This document shows, piece by piece, positions 12,328-23,844 of a DNA stretch of 64,000 nucleotides. The notes below the pieces were generated by a model. It did not search any database. It was given only the letters and a program-made list of their open reading frames with translations, and had not been told where the DNA came from. The translations under genes were made by a program, and so were the position numbers. Source of the stretch: Cirrosporium novae-zelandiae (lineage: Eukaryota); contig JAPETS010000005.1 of assembly GCA_026023565.1 (NCBI GenBank), positions 496,001-560,000 on the forward strand. Reading direction: 5' to 3'. Numbering within the stretch: the first letter of the stretch is position 1; each line of letters starts with the position of its first letter.

Positions 12328-14292
12328 ATGACAACACAAACCCCGCCTCGTAATCTGTCAAAGTTCTATCTGCCGCTGAACTCCTCTATTAACGCCCAAC
12401 CCAGCCCCCCTCTTATTTCGCCTATCAATGCAATTCCCTACTCTCCTTTTATATCTACCGAGTTTGGTAGTTCGATATATGAGCAATCATTCCATCGATG
12501 GCCTGGACGAGCTCATGTCAATCGTCTCTTGCAGCATGCTAAGATATTTTGTGGCAGCCTAGGTTTCTGGCTCTCAATGATATTCTTTGCATTCGTGCTG
12601 TGGACGTTTAATGCAGGGAGAGATGGACTTGACTTCGTGAGGGTGGGATCAAACTCGCTGAAGCATGAACTTCTTGACTATGGAGTTACAAGAGGCCTGC
12701 ATTTCTATCCTGCCAATCACATGAAGATACGTTGTGTTGGGCGCTGGATAATGTCACCAAATTCGTTACGCAAAGATGGAACTTTCCCAGGTAAGCCACT
12801 CCAATGGCCATCTCAACCTTCCAAGGATCGCTTTTTTAATGACGAAGAAGGAGTCTATTTTGATGTCAAGATTACCAATACTAGCTTGCTGTTTTTGTCA
12901 TTGAACAACCACCCTATGCAGACACTATCATCCCATAGATCAGAACCCCTAGTATCCCTATCTTCAGTAAATCCAGGTCACATATTCCCCCAACCACTTG
13001 GTACCTCTCCAACACCCGCCCCTCCAATATCACTTCTTACTCAAACAAATCAAGAGGATCTTATTCTCTTACATAATTGTTCCGGGCTTGTACCTCTACA
13101 TCGTGATTTGAATAGAAGTGAAACTTACACCATCCGGGTTAGCGCGCTAATGGGAGACGGCATCGCTGATGGAGATCTCGAGTTTCGAGGTCTCTGGCTA
13201 AATAGGGGTGGCAGACTTCTCCACGTTAATAGGCCGCGGCTACCAGATGACACGGGAGATGATTCATTGGACGGATTCCCTGAGAGGCTTCCTCAATTAG
13301 GCGTTTCTAGGTCACACTCACTAACGGAAAAACCGTTGCCAAATCACTACCCAGATTTAAATGAGGTTGATCATAATGACAGCCACCGATTCAATGAAGA
13401 TACTAAAATAATAGAGATCGTCTCGGATTCTCCTGGACCTCTCCTAAAATCACGCAGGCTGAATCAGGCTGAGTTTGTGAGTAATATACTGGGTGAAGTC
13501 CTCGGATGGGGTTCTTTGGTTGCCAATATGTTTGGCATCGATCATGTGAACGTCGGAGTTGAGGATATGTGCCTGATTCAAAATTGTATTGGAGCACAGG
13601 GCAATCCAGTTGGCCTTGGAGATATGTTTTTCCGCAGTGGTATTAGCAATTCTCCCTCTTTTTCTCGGCCATGGATCTTTCAAAGTTATACACCTCATAT
13701 CCTACTACTCAGTATTGGAGACTCGGATTACTACTCTTTCGAGACTCATGGTCAAGAATACAACAAATCGCTGTGGGATCTACAGAGCCAGTTCGAAGAT
13801 ACTTATGTCTCTTTTGTCAAAGCCATCAGGCAATTTTCGTATCCAGCATCTCGATCTGCTCGCAACAAAAAGCCTGCACCGGCTTCTATCTTTATTGTAC
13901 GGCCTTTCAGAGGCCAACTTGAACATGCTACACAAGGTGTTGTGAATAGACTCCGCGCTGACGGGGACAAATTGATTTTCTGGCTAGACACTACGGGGTG
14001 GCTAGACGTTGAAAATACACTGAATGGTGGCAAGAGTGAAGATTTCTCATTAGACAATAGCATTGATCCTCCAAGATGGCGCTTGAACGAAAGTGGAAAC
14101 CGAAAGGTAGCTGTCTTTTTGCACATGCATTTGTGCCGCTATCTCTCCCAAACAGGGGGAAAATGTCCGTTTCTTGAGCATGAAGTCTACACTGGGAATA
14201 TGTACGATCCGACGGAAGTGGCTTTTAGAAAGTATATTGAAGATGAAAAGAAGAGAAGGCTCAAGGATCTGTTTTGGAAGGATACTACTTGA
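12328..14292 (+). CDS. Membrane-anchored SGNH/GDSL-like protein (CE2-like architecture), catalytic motifs degenerate
   Basis: One TM helix (LGFWLSMIFFAFVLW), VGRW...FPGVYFDV after removing a 60-nt in-frame intron (12791-12850), block-III-like HILLLSIGDSD and FEDTYVSFVKAIR. Confidence 0.6.
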   Translation: MTTQTPPRNLSKFYLPLNSSINAQPSPPLISPINAIPYSPFISTEFGSSIYEQSFHRWPGRAHVNRLLQHAKIFCGSLGFWLSMIFFAFVLWTFNAGRDGLDFVRVGSNSLKHELLDYGVTRGLHFYPANHMKIRCVGRWIMSPNSLRKDGTFPGKPLQWPSQPSKDRFFNDEEGVYFDVKITNTSLLFLSLNNHPMQTLSSHRSEPLVSLSSVNPGHIFPQPLGTSPTPAPPISLLTQTNQEDLILLHNCSGLVPLHRDLNRSETYTIRVSALMGDGIADGDLEFRGLWLNRGGRLLHVNRPRLPDDTGDDSLDGFPERLPQLGVSRSHSLTEKPLPNHYPDLNEVDHNDSHRFNEDTKIIEIVSDSPGPLLKSRRLNQAEFVSNILGEVLGWGSLVANMFGIDHVNVGVEDMCLIQNCIGAQGNPVGLGDMFFRSGISNSPSFSRPWIFQSYTPHILLLSIGDSDYYSFETHGQEYNKSLWDLQSQFEDTYVSFVKAIRQFSYPASRSARNKKPAPASIFIVRPFRGQLEHATQGVVNRLRADGDKLIFWLDTTGWLDVENTLNGGKSEDFSLDNSIDPPRWRLNESGNRKVAVFLHMHLCRYLSQTGGKCPFLEHEVYTGNMYDPTEVAFRKYIEDEKKRRLKDLFWKDTT

Positions 14293-14719
14293 ACGTACAG
14301 GTCGGATGTAATAAAGACGGCCTAGTTGAATTGTCGAATATAGTTTACTGCGAAGAGTGGCTGCAAAGTAAAAGTCGAGTTTGATAGGTCGAATAGTCAT
14401 TTCTGAACTTTACTGTGTAGTTTGTGTATCCTGGCGGTCTCGGAAAACGTAGCAATGACATCTTAACATGATAATTGACCCCACCAGCCCCTCCATCCGG
14501 CATCCCGTTTTGATAAAGACATGAATGATGCACTATCACTCGCATGATGCTACATCCCCACTACCATTTGTCATTAACATCTAAACAATTTCCACCCCCT
14601 CATTATTTATGAGAATTCGATCTTTCCTCCCATCTCATCAATTGTTTATTCCTCGTTCAACACGTCCATTCGTATTACCTAAAGCACCGACATTCATCCG
14701 AACTCACTACTGTGTAAAC

Positions 14720-15714
14720 ATGCCGGAACTTAGTAAAGCTTGCTGCAGGTACGAGAGTATCATCAATCTGACCAATGGTATATTTTAGAGCTAATTGAGC
14801 TAACCAATTTCTCGTAGTATTCCTCCCATCATTAGCAAGGGCTATAATCCCAAGGGGAAATATGAAACCATCGCTGGCTTCAAAACATGTATGAATTATG
14901 GATGTATCTCATTTTCAATAGCCACTTATTAACATATCTATTATAGATGTTACCGGGCCTGCAGATGCCAAAAAGGCCATCTTAATGGTCTTCGACATTT
15001 TTGGCTTCTTCCCTCAAACCCTCCAGGGTGCAGATATCCTTGCATACTCAGACGAACATACAAAATACCGCGTTTACATGCCCGATTGGTTCGAAGGAGA
15101 GCCCATGGACATCTCGAATTACCCACCCGACACGGATGAGAAAAAAGAGAAGCTGGGCAAATTCTTCGCTACAAAGGCTGCTCCTCCGAAAACTGTAGAG
15201 AATGTGAAAAAGGTGATGGCTGAGCTCAAGGGGAAGGCAGATTCTTGGGCTGGTTTGGGAATGTGTTGGGGTGGGAAGGTAAGGACATAGTGATATGATA
15301 ATAATTGGAAGAAGGCGCTCACGACTTGTCTAGGTTATTTCATTGTCAGCCCAACCCGGAACTCCATTCAAGGCAGTGGCCGAATGCCACCCGGCGATGG
15401 TAGACCCTAAGGATGCAGAGGGGGTTTCGATACCTCTCTGTATGCTTGCATCCAAGGACGAACCTGTAGAGGATGTCAAGAATTTTGAAAAGGCCTTGAA
15501 GGCCCCACACTATGTTGAGACATTCAGCGACCAGATTCATGGTTGGATGGGAGCTCGGTAAGTTTCTACAATGAGTGTTCTTTCATGGCTAGAAATACAG
15601 GAATATAAGCTAACGTTTTCAACCTCAAGCTCTGACCTGGAGAGTCCCCGGGTTCGCGAGGAGTATGAGAGGGGCTACAAGACTCTTCTTCACTTTTTCC
15701 ATGAACACTTGTGA
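14720..15714 (+). CDS. Dienelactone hydrolase family protein (multi-exon); an in-frame upstream ATG at 14609 may extend it
   Basis: MPELSKACC..., FDIFG, PDWFEG, nucleophile elbow GMCWGG, ECHPA, HGWMGAR. Confidence 0.9.
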
Positions 15715-16057
15715 GTGGTAAGGTTCGTAACACACCTTTACATCCATGGAGAATCTCAAAATGATCCACCATTCGAGATGCTAACAGCAGAACTAGAGCA
15801 AGCCATGCACTTTCAAGAATGTGATCCAATTCGAGTAGGCTGGAGGTAGGAACCGATTTGATTGCATTATGCGTTTTACATATCATCTCGCCTAGCATCT
15901 AAAGCAAAATCTGAAATTGAGATTCATCATTCAAGAGCAAAAAGCATTCTTTGTAATCTAATAAAACCGACGCAGAACGCTCAGCTTAGCACAAATGATC
16001 GGACATTCTATGCCACAAATATCGAGAGTATTATGTGTAGGAACACAGCTCAAGTGT

Positions 16058-17141
16058 TTAGAGTCGGGCATTGTTCTTGGGAGGTTTAGTGGGGGCACCT
16101 TCAGGGGTCACATAGGCCTGGAAAAATAATTAGCGTTGACCAATCGAACCGTGCAATGGAATCAACCGCAACGGACCTTGGTCATACCACCATCCACCAC
16201 AAAGTCAGCTCCGTTCACGAAGCTGCTTTCATCTGTAGCTAGGAAAAGAACGGCTTGAGCTTGCTCGATAGCTTCTCCGAAACGGCCAGTTGGGAAGTGA
16301 ATCTCTCGTCTCAACCGCTTTGGCTTGTCGTCACCTAGCCAGTCCTGAAGAAGGGGAGTGTTGAGGGGAGCGGGACAAAGGGAATTGAACCGAATACCCT
16401 CGCGCGCATGTACGATGGCCAATTCTCTAGTCATGGCGAGGACAGCCCCCTTGCTGGCAGTATAGGCCAGTTGTGGTGTTGCGCTGCCGACAAGCGCGAC
16501 GACGGATGCAGTGTTGATGATGCTGCCCTTGGCTTTCTTGTGCTTCCTCATGCTAATTACGGCGTGCTTGCTTCCATACCAGACACCCTTGACATTGATC
16601 TTCATTGTCAGATCCCATATTTTCTCAGGAGTCTCCACTGCATCGGCGTCATCGGCATGCATGATTCCAGCGTTATTGAACACGACATCAACACCGCCCC
16701 AGGGATCTACGGCCCCGATCATGGCAGCTACGTCTGATTCTTTGGAGACGTCGCACTTGAATGTTTCGACGCGAATAGCGTTGGGGACGAGGGACTTTAC
16801 TTTGGCAAGAGCTTTTTCGAGTGCGGGTTCGGAGATGTCGGCCATGAGGACGGAAGCGCCTTGCTGGGCAAAAAGGATGGTTGTTTCGAGGCCAATGCCC
16901 CTGGGGATTTTGGTTAGCTGAGTTAATGTGAGATGATATGTCCATGATGAATGCGCACAATTGACTTTGGAATTTAGGGTAATGTAATTTTTAAAGCACC
17001 AGAGCTGAATTGTAGAATATGGCAAGAACCAAAAAATGGTGGAAGCTTCATGAGCAAGATATGAGCATTTACTTACCCAGCAGCACCGGTGATAACAGCA
17101 TTCTTGCCTGCGAGGCGTCCTTGAGGAGCACTACTTCCCAT
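16058..17141 (-). CDS. Classical short-chain dehydrogenase/reductase (3 exons)
   Basis: Exon 1 MGSSAPQGRLAGKNAVITGAAG spliced to GIG, NNAG, catalytic YTASK, last exon AYVTPEGAPTKPPKNNARL*. Confidence 0.93.
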
Positions 17142-17618
17142 GTTTGATCAAGGAAACGAATGCAATAACTGGAGGTGTTGAATATTGCAGGTAGGTGCTA
17201 GAAGATGGGTTTTCTATGATGAGCTAGCTGTTAGTTTAGTTGATTCATGTACAGGTACAATCCTGTGGTAATAATAAGAATAATAATAATATTTTGCCGG
17301 GGGCATTTCGGCTAGTCCTCCGATAACGGTTTGATAGGACGGAACGAACTCGGAATTGATAATGATTAATTAGAAGTTGCTGTTACATACCTGAAAACAA
17401 TTGTTTTGTGTTTGTGTCAACGATGTCAAAGAAGCTTGATGAAAGAGCTCGAGTGTAAAAATCAGTCAGTATTTAATAGCATTGTTGCTGGTGGGTTGTT
17501 GGCTCCCACAGCTCCTCACCTTATCTTCTTTTAGTGAGGCCAAATGAGTAGGCTTAGGTCTTGGTCTAGTCCCACATTGTTAATTACCGTAAGCCTGGTT
17601 GTAGACCGCTACAGCGCT

Positions 17619-17646
17619 GTGGTAATGGTAATGGTAATGGTAATGA
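17619..17646. repeat. (TGGTAA)n hexanucleotide microsatellite, about 4 copies
   Basis: Direct reading: gtggtaatggtaatggtaatggtaatg. Confidence 0.8.
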
Positions 17647-17946
17647 CCAGTCCTCCAGTCCTCACGTGCCCCTCTATCCACTATCCCAGTAGCGCCCGGG
17701 CCTGTAGATAAGATTAGCGTCAACAATGACGATAGGCGAGTCCAGCTGCAACTGATGCGACTCTGTACGGAAATACAAGGATAATAGAGATACACAGTCT
17801 TTTGAATAAGAGAATGAATAAATAATTAATTAATCCACCCACGATTTTTAACTCTTGATATTATTTATCGTTCCCCCCGTTGACGTACACGGCCTTCAAC
17901 TATCTCCTCGTTTCCTCGCCCATTCCTGAACAACAACCCAAAGATA

Positions 17947-19752
17947 ATGGCAGAAACTACGTTGGAATCGCTACCACAACTCCTAGAGAATGACACTAAG
18001 GTCAAATTAGCAGGCGTCGACGCTGACGGCATTTTGCGCGGGAAGCTCGTATCGAAGAAGAAATTCCTTTCGATAGCCAAGGATGGATTCGGTTTCTGCT
18101 CTGTCATCTTTGGTTGGGATATGAACGATGAGACATATTTCAAAGAGCTTAAAATAAGTAACAAGGAGAATGGATACAAGGATCTCATTGCTATTCCTGA
18201 TCTTTCCACCTATCGAAGAATTCCCTGGGAGGGTGATGTTCCGTTTTTCCTTGTCAGTTTTTATGACCCTGATACAAAAAAGCCTGTTAGCGCATGCCCA
18301 CGAGGGTTGTTGAAGACAGCTTGCGAAAAGTTGGAAAGCCAAGGGTATAGCGCAATGGCAGGATGTACGTAGAGCCCGTAGCTATCTAAGGCTGCTCTAT
18401 CCGCAAAAAATATTTTGTCATGAGTTTTTTTTTTTTTTTTTTGCTAACGACACCGTGGAAAACATAGCGGAATACGAATTCTACTGTTTTAGGACACCTG
18501 AAAGCCGCTCATCACCAGCGTCAAACCGTGATTCGACAACAACAGCCAGATTCTTGAAAGAGCAACCCGTGAACTCGTTACCATCCCTCTCGGAGGGAAT
18601 GTTTGGTTATAGTATTTTAGATCCCGTGCATAATCAAGATTGGTACTACAGTATCTACGACACGTGCGAGAAGTTTAGATGTGGGATAGAAGGGTGGCAT
18701 ACCGAAAGCGGACCAGGTGTCTTCGAAGCAGTACGTTGCGCGCTCAGTGGTTCAATCCAGTTCTGAAGGGACGGTCTCGGCCCGCTAATACACTTAAAAC
18801 TTCCCAGGCGCTGGAATTTGGCGAGATCAAAGGCATGGCAGATAAAGCCGGGCTTTTCAAGTCAGTCTAATTTTACGTTACTCCTCATATACCGTGCATG
18901 ATGCATGTACCATCAACCGTCAGCTGACTACAATCCAGATACACCGTCAAAGCCCTGAGCAGCAAGTATGGGATAACCCCCTGCTTCATGGCTAAACCGC
19001 GCCAGGGCCTCCCAGGAAACTCAGGTCATATGCACGTTTCAATCGTCGACAAATCCGGAAAAAACCTTTTCTACCGAGGGGAAAAAGACCCCAACCCAAA
19101 ATACCCCGACCTAGCCTACCTCTCGGACATGGGCCGGCACTTCTTAGCCGGGATCCTAGAAGGCCTCGCAGACATCATGCCCATACTCGCACCAACAGTA
19201 AATTCCTACAAAAGACTAGTGGAGAATTTCTGGGCCCCAGTTACCGTCTCATGGGGCCTGGAGCATAGAGCAGCCTCCATCCGCCTCATCTCCCCACCGA
19301 CATCGAGTCCCAAAGCCACGAGATTCGAGATCCGAACCCCAGGAGCGGACACGAATCCCTTCTACGTGCTTGCGGCAATCCTGGCCCTAGGTTGGAGGGG
19401 CGTCGAGAAGAAACTCGAGATCGGAATCCCACCCCTCGGCAAGGGCGATGATGTGGGCGGGCAGTCAGATCAAGGCTTGCGGCTCGCAAAGTCGCTTAAG
19501 GAAGCGAATGCCAGGTTCATGGCTAAAGAGAGCTTGGCTCGAGAGGTTTTTGGGGATGAGTTCGTGGACCATTTTGGTGGGACGAGAGAACATGAAGTCA
19601 AGCTTTGGGAGGAGGCTGTTACAGATTGGTATGTATTATTATTATTATTTTTTCATAGAGGGCCGAAAGGTGGAAAAGAAATAAGAGATGTTGTACTGAT
19701 ATGATATGTGTGCTATTATAGGGAAGTACGAAGATATATAGAAATGGTTTAA
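17947..19752 (+). CDS. Glutamine-synthetase-like (GSI-type) gamma-glutamyl ligase
   Basis: GVDADGILRGK, GFCSVIFGWD, EYEF, HTESGPGVFE, FMAKPRQGLPGNSGHMHVS, NSYKRL, WGLEHRAASIR, FEIRTPGADTNP; spliced end W-EVRRYIEMV*. Prokaryote-type GSI-like, not the GSII housekeeping enzyme. Confidence 0.92.
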
Positions 19753-20316
19753 GTGAAAAAAGGTTGCTTCTGTCCTCCCCCTGTGGCTGGATTGCTGTTT
19801 CCGCCAACTTATCTAGACTCTCTCTAGGTATAGGTATAGAGCTTTTATGAGCTAGCTCTGTTGTTGGAGGCGGAGTATGGGATACAATGCCCTTTTTTTT
19901 TCTTTCCATTGAAGCAGTTAAACGTGGCAACCGATCAACATTTTTCTTATATGTATCAGAAGAATATATTTTACTTGAAGATACCCCCCTGGTCCGACCC
20001 CGACCCCCAATTGTGGAATTGCTTTCTATGAACTGAATTTCAATTGCCCCTGTGATATATATTTATCATTGTCTTGTGTCCTGATTACTTCAATTTTTTT
20101 TGGTTTCTGTTGTGGGATGATGGTACGATTATAGATCTACATTAAGGAAACTTTATTTCTATAGTGCTACAAAGAACAATAAATGTTTGTTTGTTTTGAA
20201 ATATATTTGAATTTTTGGTTATGGTATATTTGCAAAAAAAAAGAAAGCCAAAGAGTAAAATGTAGTAGGTAGATGACGAAAAGATTTCGATGGGATGACA
20301 TGGTCACTCACCGTCT

Positions 20317-21666
20317 CTACCCCCTCCTACTCGGCATCCTCGCTTCGATCTTCTCTACGGTATCGAACTGGCATCCCGGTTCCCCGCATCTGCAAAGCCG
20401 ATCCTTGTGCCAATAAAGATCCCCATAATCGCACGTGATTTCTTCGAAGACCCCGATGCTCCTGACCGTAATCGCCAACATCCTCCGCTTCTCCCCATAA
20501 CTGAACAGCTGAAACACCGCCCCAGGATTGCAGGAATGGTTCATGAACCTCGTCCAATTCCCGAACCGGGTTGCGTCGACGGCGGCCACCCACCTGTTAT
20601 CGGTGTCGTCTGCGACGGGCACTTCGAGGGAGTAAATGGTGCCTCTGCACATGTGGGGGTGGCGAATTTCGCCGACGTACTCGCCGAGGATTGTGCCAGC
20701 GGGGATGGCCTGGAGGGAGCGGACGCCGATGCCTTTTCCCGAGTATTCTCTCAGCTCGATGTGCAGCTGGGGTAGGGAAGAGGGATTGCAGGGACAGATG
20801 TATGGGGAGTTGCAAATCTTGCAGTTGCGGTCGGCGGAGCGCCGGGTCATCGGGTCAATTGGGTAGGTGAGGAAGGGCCAGTACGGTGGACGGGCGCGCG
20901 GGAAGAAGCTGTGGTGGTAAATATTGGATGTGATGTTTGTATATGGGAGGCGGCTGGCTGTGCCTGAGAGGGTTAACGCCCACTGGTGCGGGTGATCAAT
21001 GCGGTTGATTGTGAGAGTTGACTTCATATTAGAGGCGAGAGAGGTGAGCCCTTTGTGGGCGGCGTGGAGGACCTCCAGTGGAGCCTGCCAGGGGAGGTCT
21101 CTGGATTTCGCGAAGAGCTCTAGGCTCAGCTTGTTGGGGGTGATAGCCAGGCAGAGGACCCTCCAGACGTGGTCTGGGTAAGTCATCACAGCCATGAGGA
21201 AGGCGTGCGAGTGGAGGCAGATGCTGAGGAGCATCCAGCTTAGCATTTTGGCGAACACTGCGAGCCGTTTTGCGGGTTGAGGACCCGTCCAGTTTTGGCC
21301 CGAGGAGAGAACGCCGTAGGCGGCGAAGGTTGATTCTAGGGCTTCTAGTACGTTGTTTAGCCTTTCTTGTATGCTGTTAGCGCCTTGGGCCTGATTAGCT
21401 GAGAAAATGCCTACCTGATTGATGCTGGTTGCGGTCTCATGGATCTCAGCGTACATGCTCTGCACACATTCCAAGGCCATGCTCTTGGCTAGTCCTGAGG
21501 TTTGGGTGGCCATGGTCGTTGGCGATCCAAGGTTGTTAGTTCTGGTTATCTTGTTTGTAGACTGGGTTTTCGAATCCCTAGTGAAGAATTGGTTTGGGGA
21601 TATGTTGGACTTCGGAGTTGTTATAACCATCAATGGCATTGTTTGGTTTCTTTGTCTACGAGACAA
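20317..21666 (-). CDS. SET-domain protein lysine methyltransferase (start uncertain)
   Basis: GKGIGVRS...GEYVGEI, RFMNHSCNP, EEITCDYG, post-SET CRCGEPGC, short Cys cluster CKICNSPYICPC. The ORF-track start is a TTG next to a possible splice acceptor. Confidence 0.8.
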   Translation of the reverse strand: MSRRQRNQTMPLMVITTPKSNISPNQFFTRDSKTQSTNKITRTNNLGSPTTMATQTSGLAKSMALECVQSMYAEIHETATSINQVGIFSANQAQGANSIQERLNNVLEALESTFAAYGVLSSGQNWTGPQPAKRLAVFAKMLSWMLLSICLHSHAFLMAVMTYPDHVWRVLCLAITPNKLSLELFAKSRDLPWQAPLEVLHAAHKGLTSLASNMKSTLTINRIDHPHQWALTLSGTASRLPYTNITSNIYHHSFFPRARPPYWPFLTYPIDPMTRRSADRNCKICNSPYICPCNPSSLPQLHIELREYSGKGIGVRSLQAIPAGTILGEYVGEIRHPHMCRGTIYSLEVPVADDTDNRWVAAVDATRFGNWTRFMNHSCNPGAVFQLFSYGEKRRMLAITVRSIGVFEEITCDYGDLYWHKDRLCRCGEPGCQFDTVEKIEARMPSRRG

Positions 21667-22041
21667 AGAAGTTGAATAATGCCTTGTTTAATATCAATAG
21701 CTTTGAGAGAGGTATAATGGATTGAAGAGGGATCCTTTGTTTTTTTTTCCCTTTTCTGATAATACAATGGCTATTGTCGTGACCGAGTTCTCATTGGCTG
21801 GACGAAAGTTAGGGGAATGGGAAGACTTCCAAGGCCTTATCTCAAAGAGGTTCATTTTCAAGTATCGATGGGGAAGGCCAACGTCGTCCATCTTGTGGTT
21901 CCATGCTAGACTTTTGCATTAGACACTTGCCTATTATTTTCGTACAACAGCTAAACCACGCACCAATGAATGGCGCTTATTAAAATGTCGCAACCAGTAT
22001 TGCAAAACACGAATATTCTCAATATATATCTTTTTCTGGAC

Positions 22042-23844
22042 CTAAAAGGCTGCTTCAGTATTTCCCTCGCCCATACTCCTGTTACTACTGCTCCCGCTTT
22101 GGATGGCTCCAACAATTCCATCCATATATGCCGCACCACTCCATTTCTGATGTGTTAGTACGTCCACCCCCAGCTCCTTCTCCCGCCGTTGGATGAGTTT
22201 CACATATGCCAACATCCCATCCTTTTTGAAATCTCTTGATAGCTCTGCAGTCACAGTTGCATTCGAATGAAGTCCGGCGAGAGATATTAGTTGAAGGATG
22301 AATCCTTCTTTAGCTAGGTCCCAAATAAAAGATTTGAGTGATGCCTCATCGAAGCCCTGGCCCATCCAATTGAATGAGGGACTGAGATTATAGACTAAAA
22401 GCTTGCCTGGATGTACTACCCTTATCCTTCTCGCAAAGTTGGAGGCCTTCTGTACGCTTGGATCACCCGTCTCAACCCAGAGCATATCAGCAAAAGGTGC
22501 AAATTCAATTGCCCGTTTGGTGGCTGCGGCTATGCCTGCCCGATAATGGTAGAAACCTTCTCGAGTACGTGGAATGTCCCACGAGAAGAAGACGGGAGTC
22601 CGTGTGTATTGCTCAGCAATCTTCCGGCGGCGAGATAGGGAGAGATTATGGTCTTTCGCAACTTGGGAATTATACTCTGCTATTTTTGACTGGGGGTCCC
22701 CTTCTTTTTCTAGATGTGTAATGACAGCCTCATCAAAAGTCATTAATTGGTGTTTTTTGACCCATTCGGCTTCATACGTATTGATTTCCTCCGCAGAGGC
22801 ACCCTGCAGTTCCATCGCCTGTAGGGTTTCTGACAGAGGCTCGACTTCCTCATTGACACCTAAAACGAATTCGTGATCACGTATATCAACTGCACTGCTG
22901 ATCAAGCGTCCGCTCTCAGAATCAGTACGAGCAATAATGAGGTTTTCACAACCCATCATGTCCCATTGGAATCTTGCTGCTACTAGCCGATTGATATGGT
23001 CACCCATTGGAACCAATACCTTGCCTGCTAGATGCCCGCATTTTTTTCCACCGTGGAGCTGGTCTTCAAAGTGGACTGCGGCAGCTCCATTCTCTGCCAT
23101 CAGCTTCGCCAACTTTGTAACCGCGGTCAGGCCTCCATGCCCAGTGTCTCCATCTGCTATGATGGGCCTCAGATAGTCAATATATGGGGTTTTAGCTCTT
23201 TCTTCTGCAGACATTTTTCTTCTTGCATCGAAATGTTTACGATCATGTAGCTGTTGGGCTTTAAAAAGACGTTGGACTTGGTTCGGAACCGTGTTATAAG
23301 GATAATCACCGAAATCGGGAGAAACCTCGTTAGTAGTCGTGAGTAAAGAGGAACAGGCCCACCCAGAGATGTAGAGAACCTCTTGGTTTGCAGCTTGCTG
23401 AGTCATTTGAACCGGATCAACAGCGCCTAGAGTGTGTAGGGGTTCTCCATTTTTAGCCCTCTCTTGCAACAAAGAGAAAAGTTTTCGGCCCGTCATGGAG
23501 CTTGGGTAAGTTTGGTATAGAGTCCCTCTTTTGCTGACAACTTGCTCAGCTGAATATGGTCTTGTTATACCCTCAAAACGTGGACTCTTCCACCATTGCT
23601 GTACTTCCCCCACCTGTTGTTTGAAAAGTGCATCTTCGGCGTCTCCAGCCTTGTCAGCTGTTGAAAGGAGCTGGAATGTTTCTGAAGCACTGATTGCTGA
23701 CCCCATTGGTGCTGCTGGGGCAAGGGATGTATGGATTATTCTAATAGTAGCCGTAGGTAAGGGAGTTGAAATTGGGAGTAACCGAATAATAGCTCGTCGA
23801 CTGCTGGATGGGCGCAGAAGCGTCCTAGCCGAACGGCTGATCAT
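22042..23844 (-). CDS. mcl1: Mitochondrial 2-methylisocitrate lyase
   Basis: ICL-family KKCGHLAGK and NLSPSFNW; ISLAG (Ser) rather than the ICL ITLAG; Arg/Ser-rich presequence; divergent from methylcitrate synthase. Confidence 0.9.
   Translation of the reverse strand: MISRSARTLLRPSSSRRAIIRLLPISTPLPTATIRIIHTSLAPAAPMGSAISASETFQLLSTADKAGDAEDALFKQQVGEVQQWWKSPRFEGITRPYSAEQVVSKRGTLYQTYPSSMTGRKLFSLLQERAKNGEPLHTLGAVDPVQMTQQAANQEVLYISGWACSSLLTTTNEVSPDFGDYPYNTVPNQVQRLFKAQQLHDRKHFDARRKMSAEERAKTPYIDYLRPIIADGDTGHGGLTAVTKLAKLMAENGAAAVHFEDQLHGGKKCGHLAGKVLVPMGDHINRLVAARFQWDMMGCENLIIARTDSESGRLISSAVDIRDHEFVLGVNEEVEPLSETLQAMELQGASAEEINTYEAEWVKKHQLMTFDEAVITHLEKEGDPQSKIAEYNSQVAKDHNLSLSRRRKIAEQYTRTPVFFSWDIPRTREGFYHYRAGIAAATKRAIEFAPFADMLWVETGDPSVQKASNFARRIRVVHPGKLLVYNLSPSFNWMGQGFDEASLKSFIWDLAKEGFILQLISLAGLHSNATVTAELSRDFKKDGMLAYVKLIQRREKELGVDVLTHQKWSGAAYMDGIVGAIQSGSSSNRSMGEGNTEAAF

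Noticed and set aside
17947..19752. FluG or housekeeping glutamine synthetase
   Set aside because: There is no N-terminal amidohydrolase domain as in FluG, and the sequence is GSI-like rather than eukaryotic GSII.
22042..23844. Glyoxylate-cycle isocitrate lyase
   Set aside because: The mitochondrial presequence, ISLAG signature and linkage to methylcitrate synthase favour methylisocitrate lyase.
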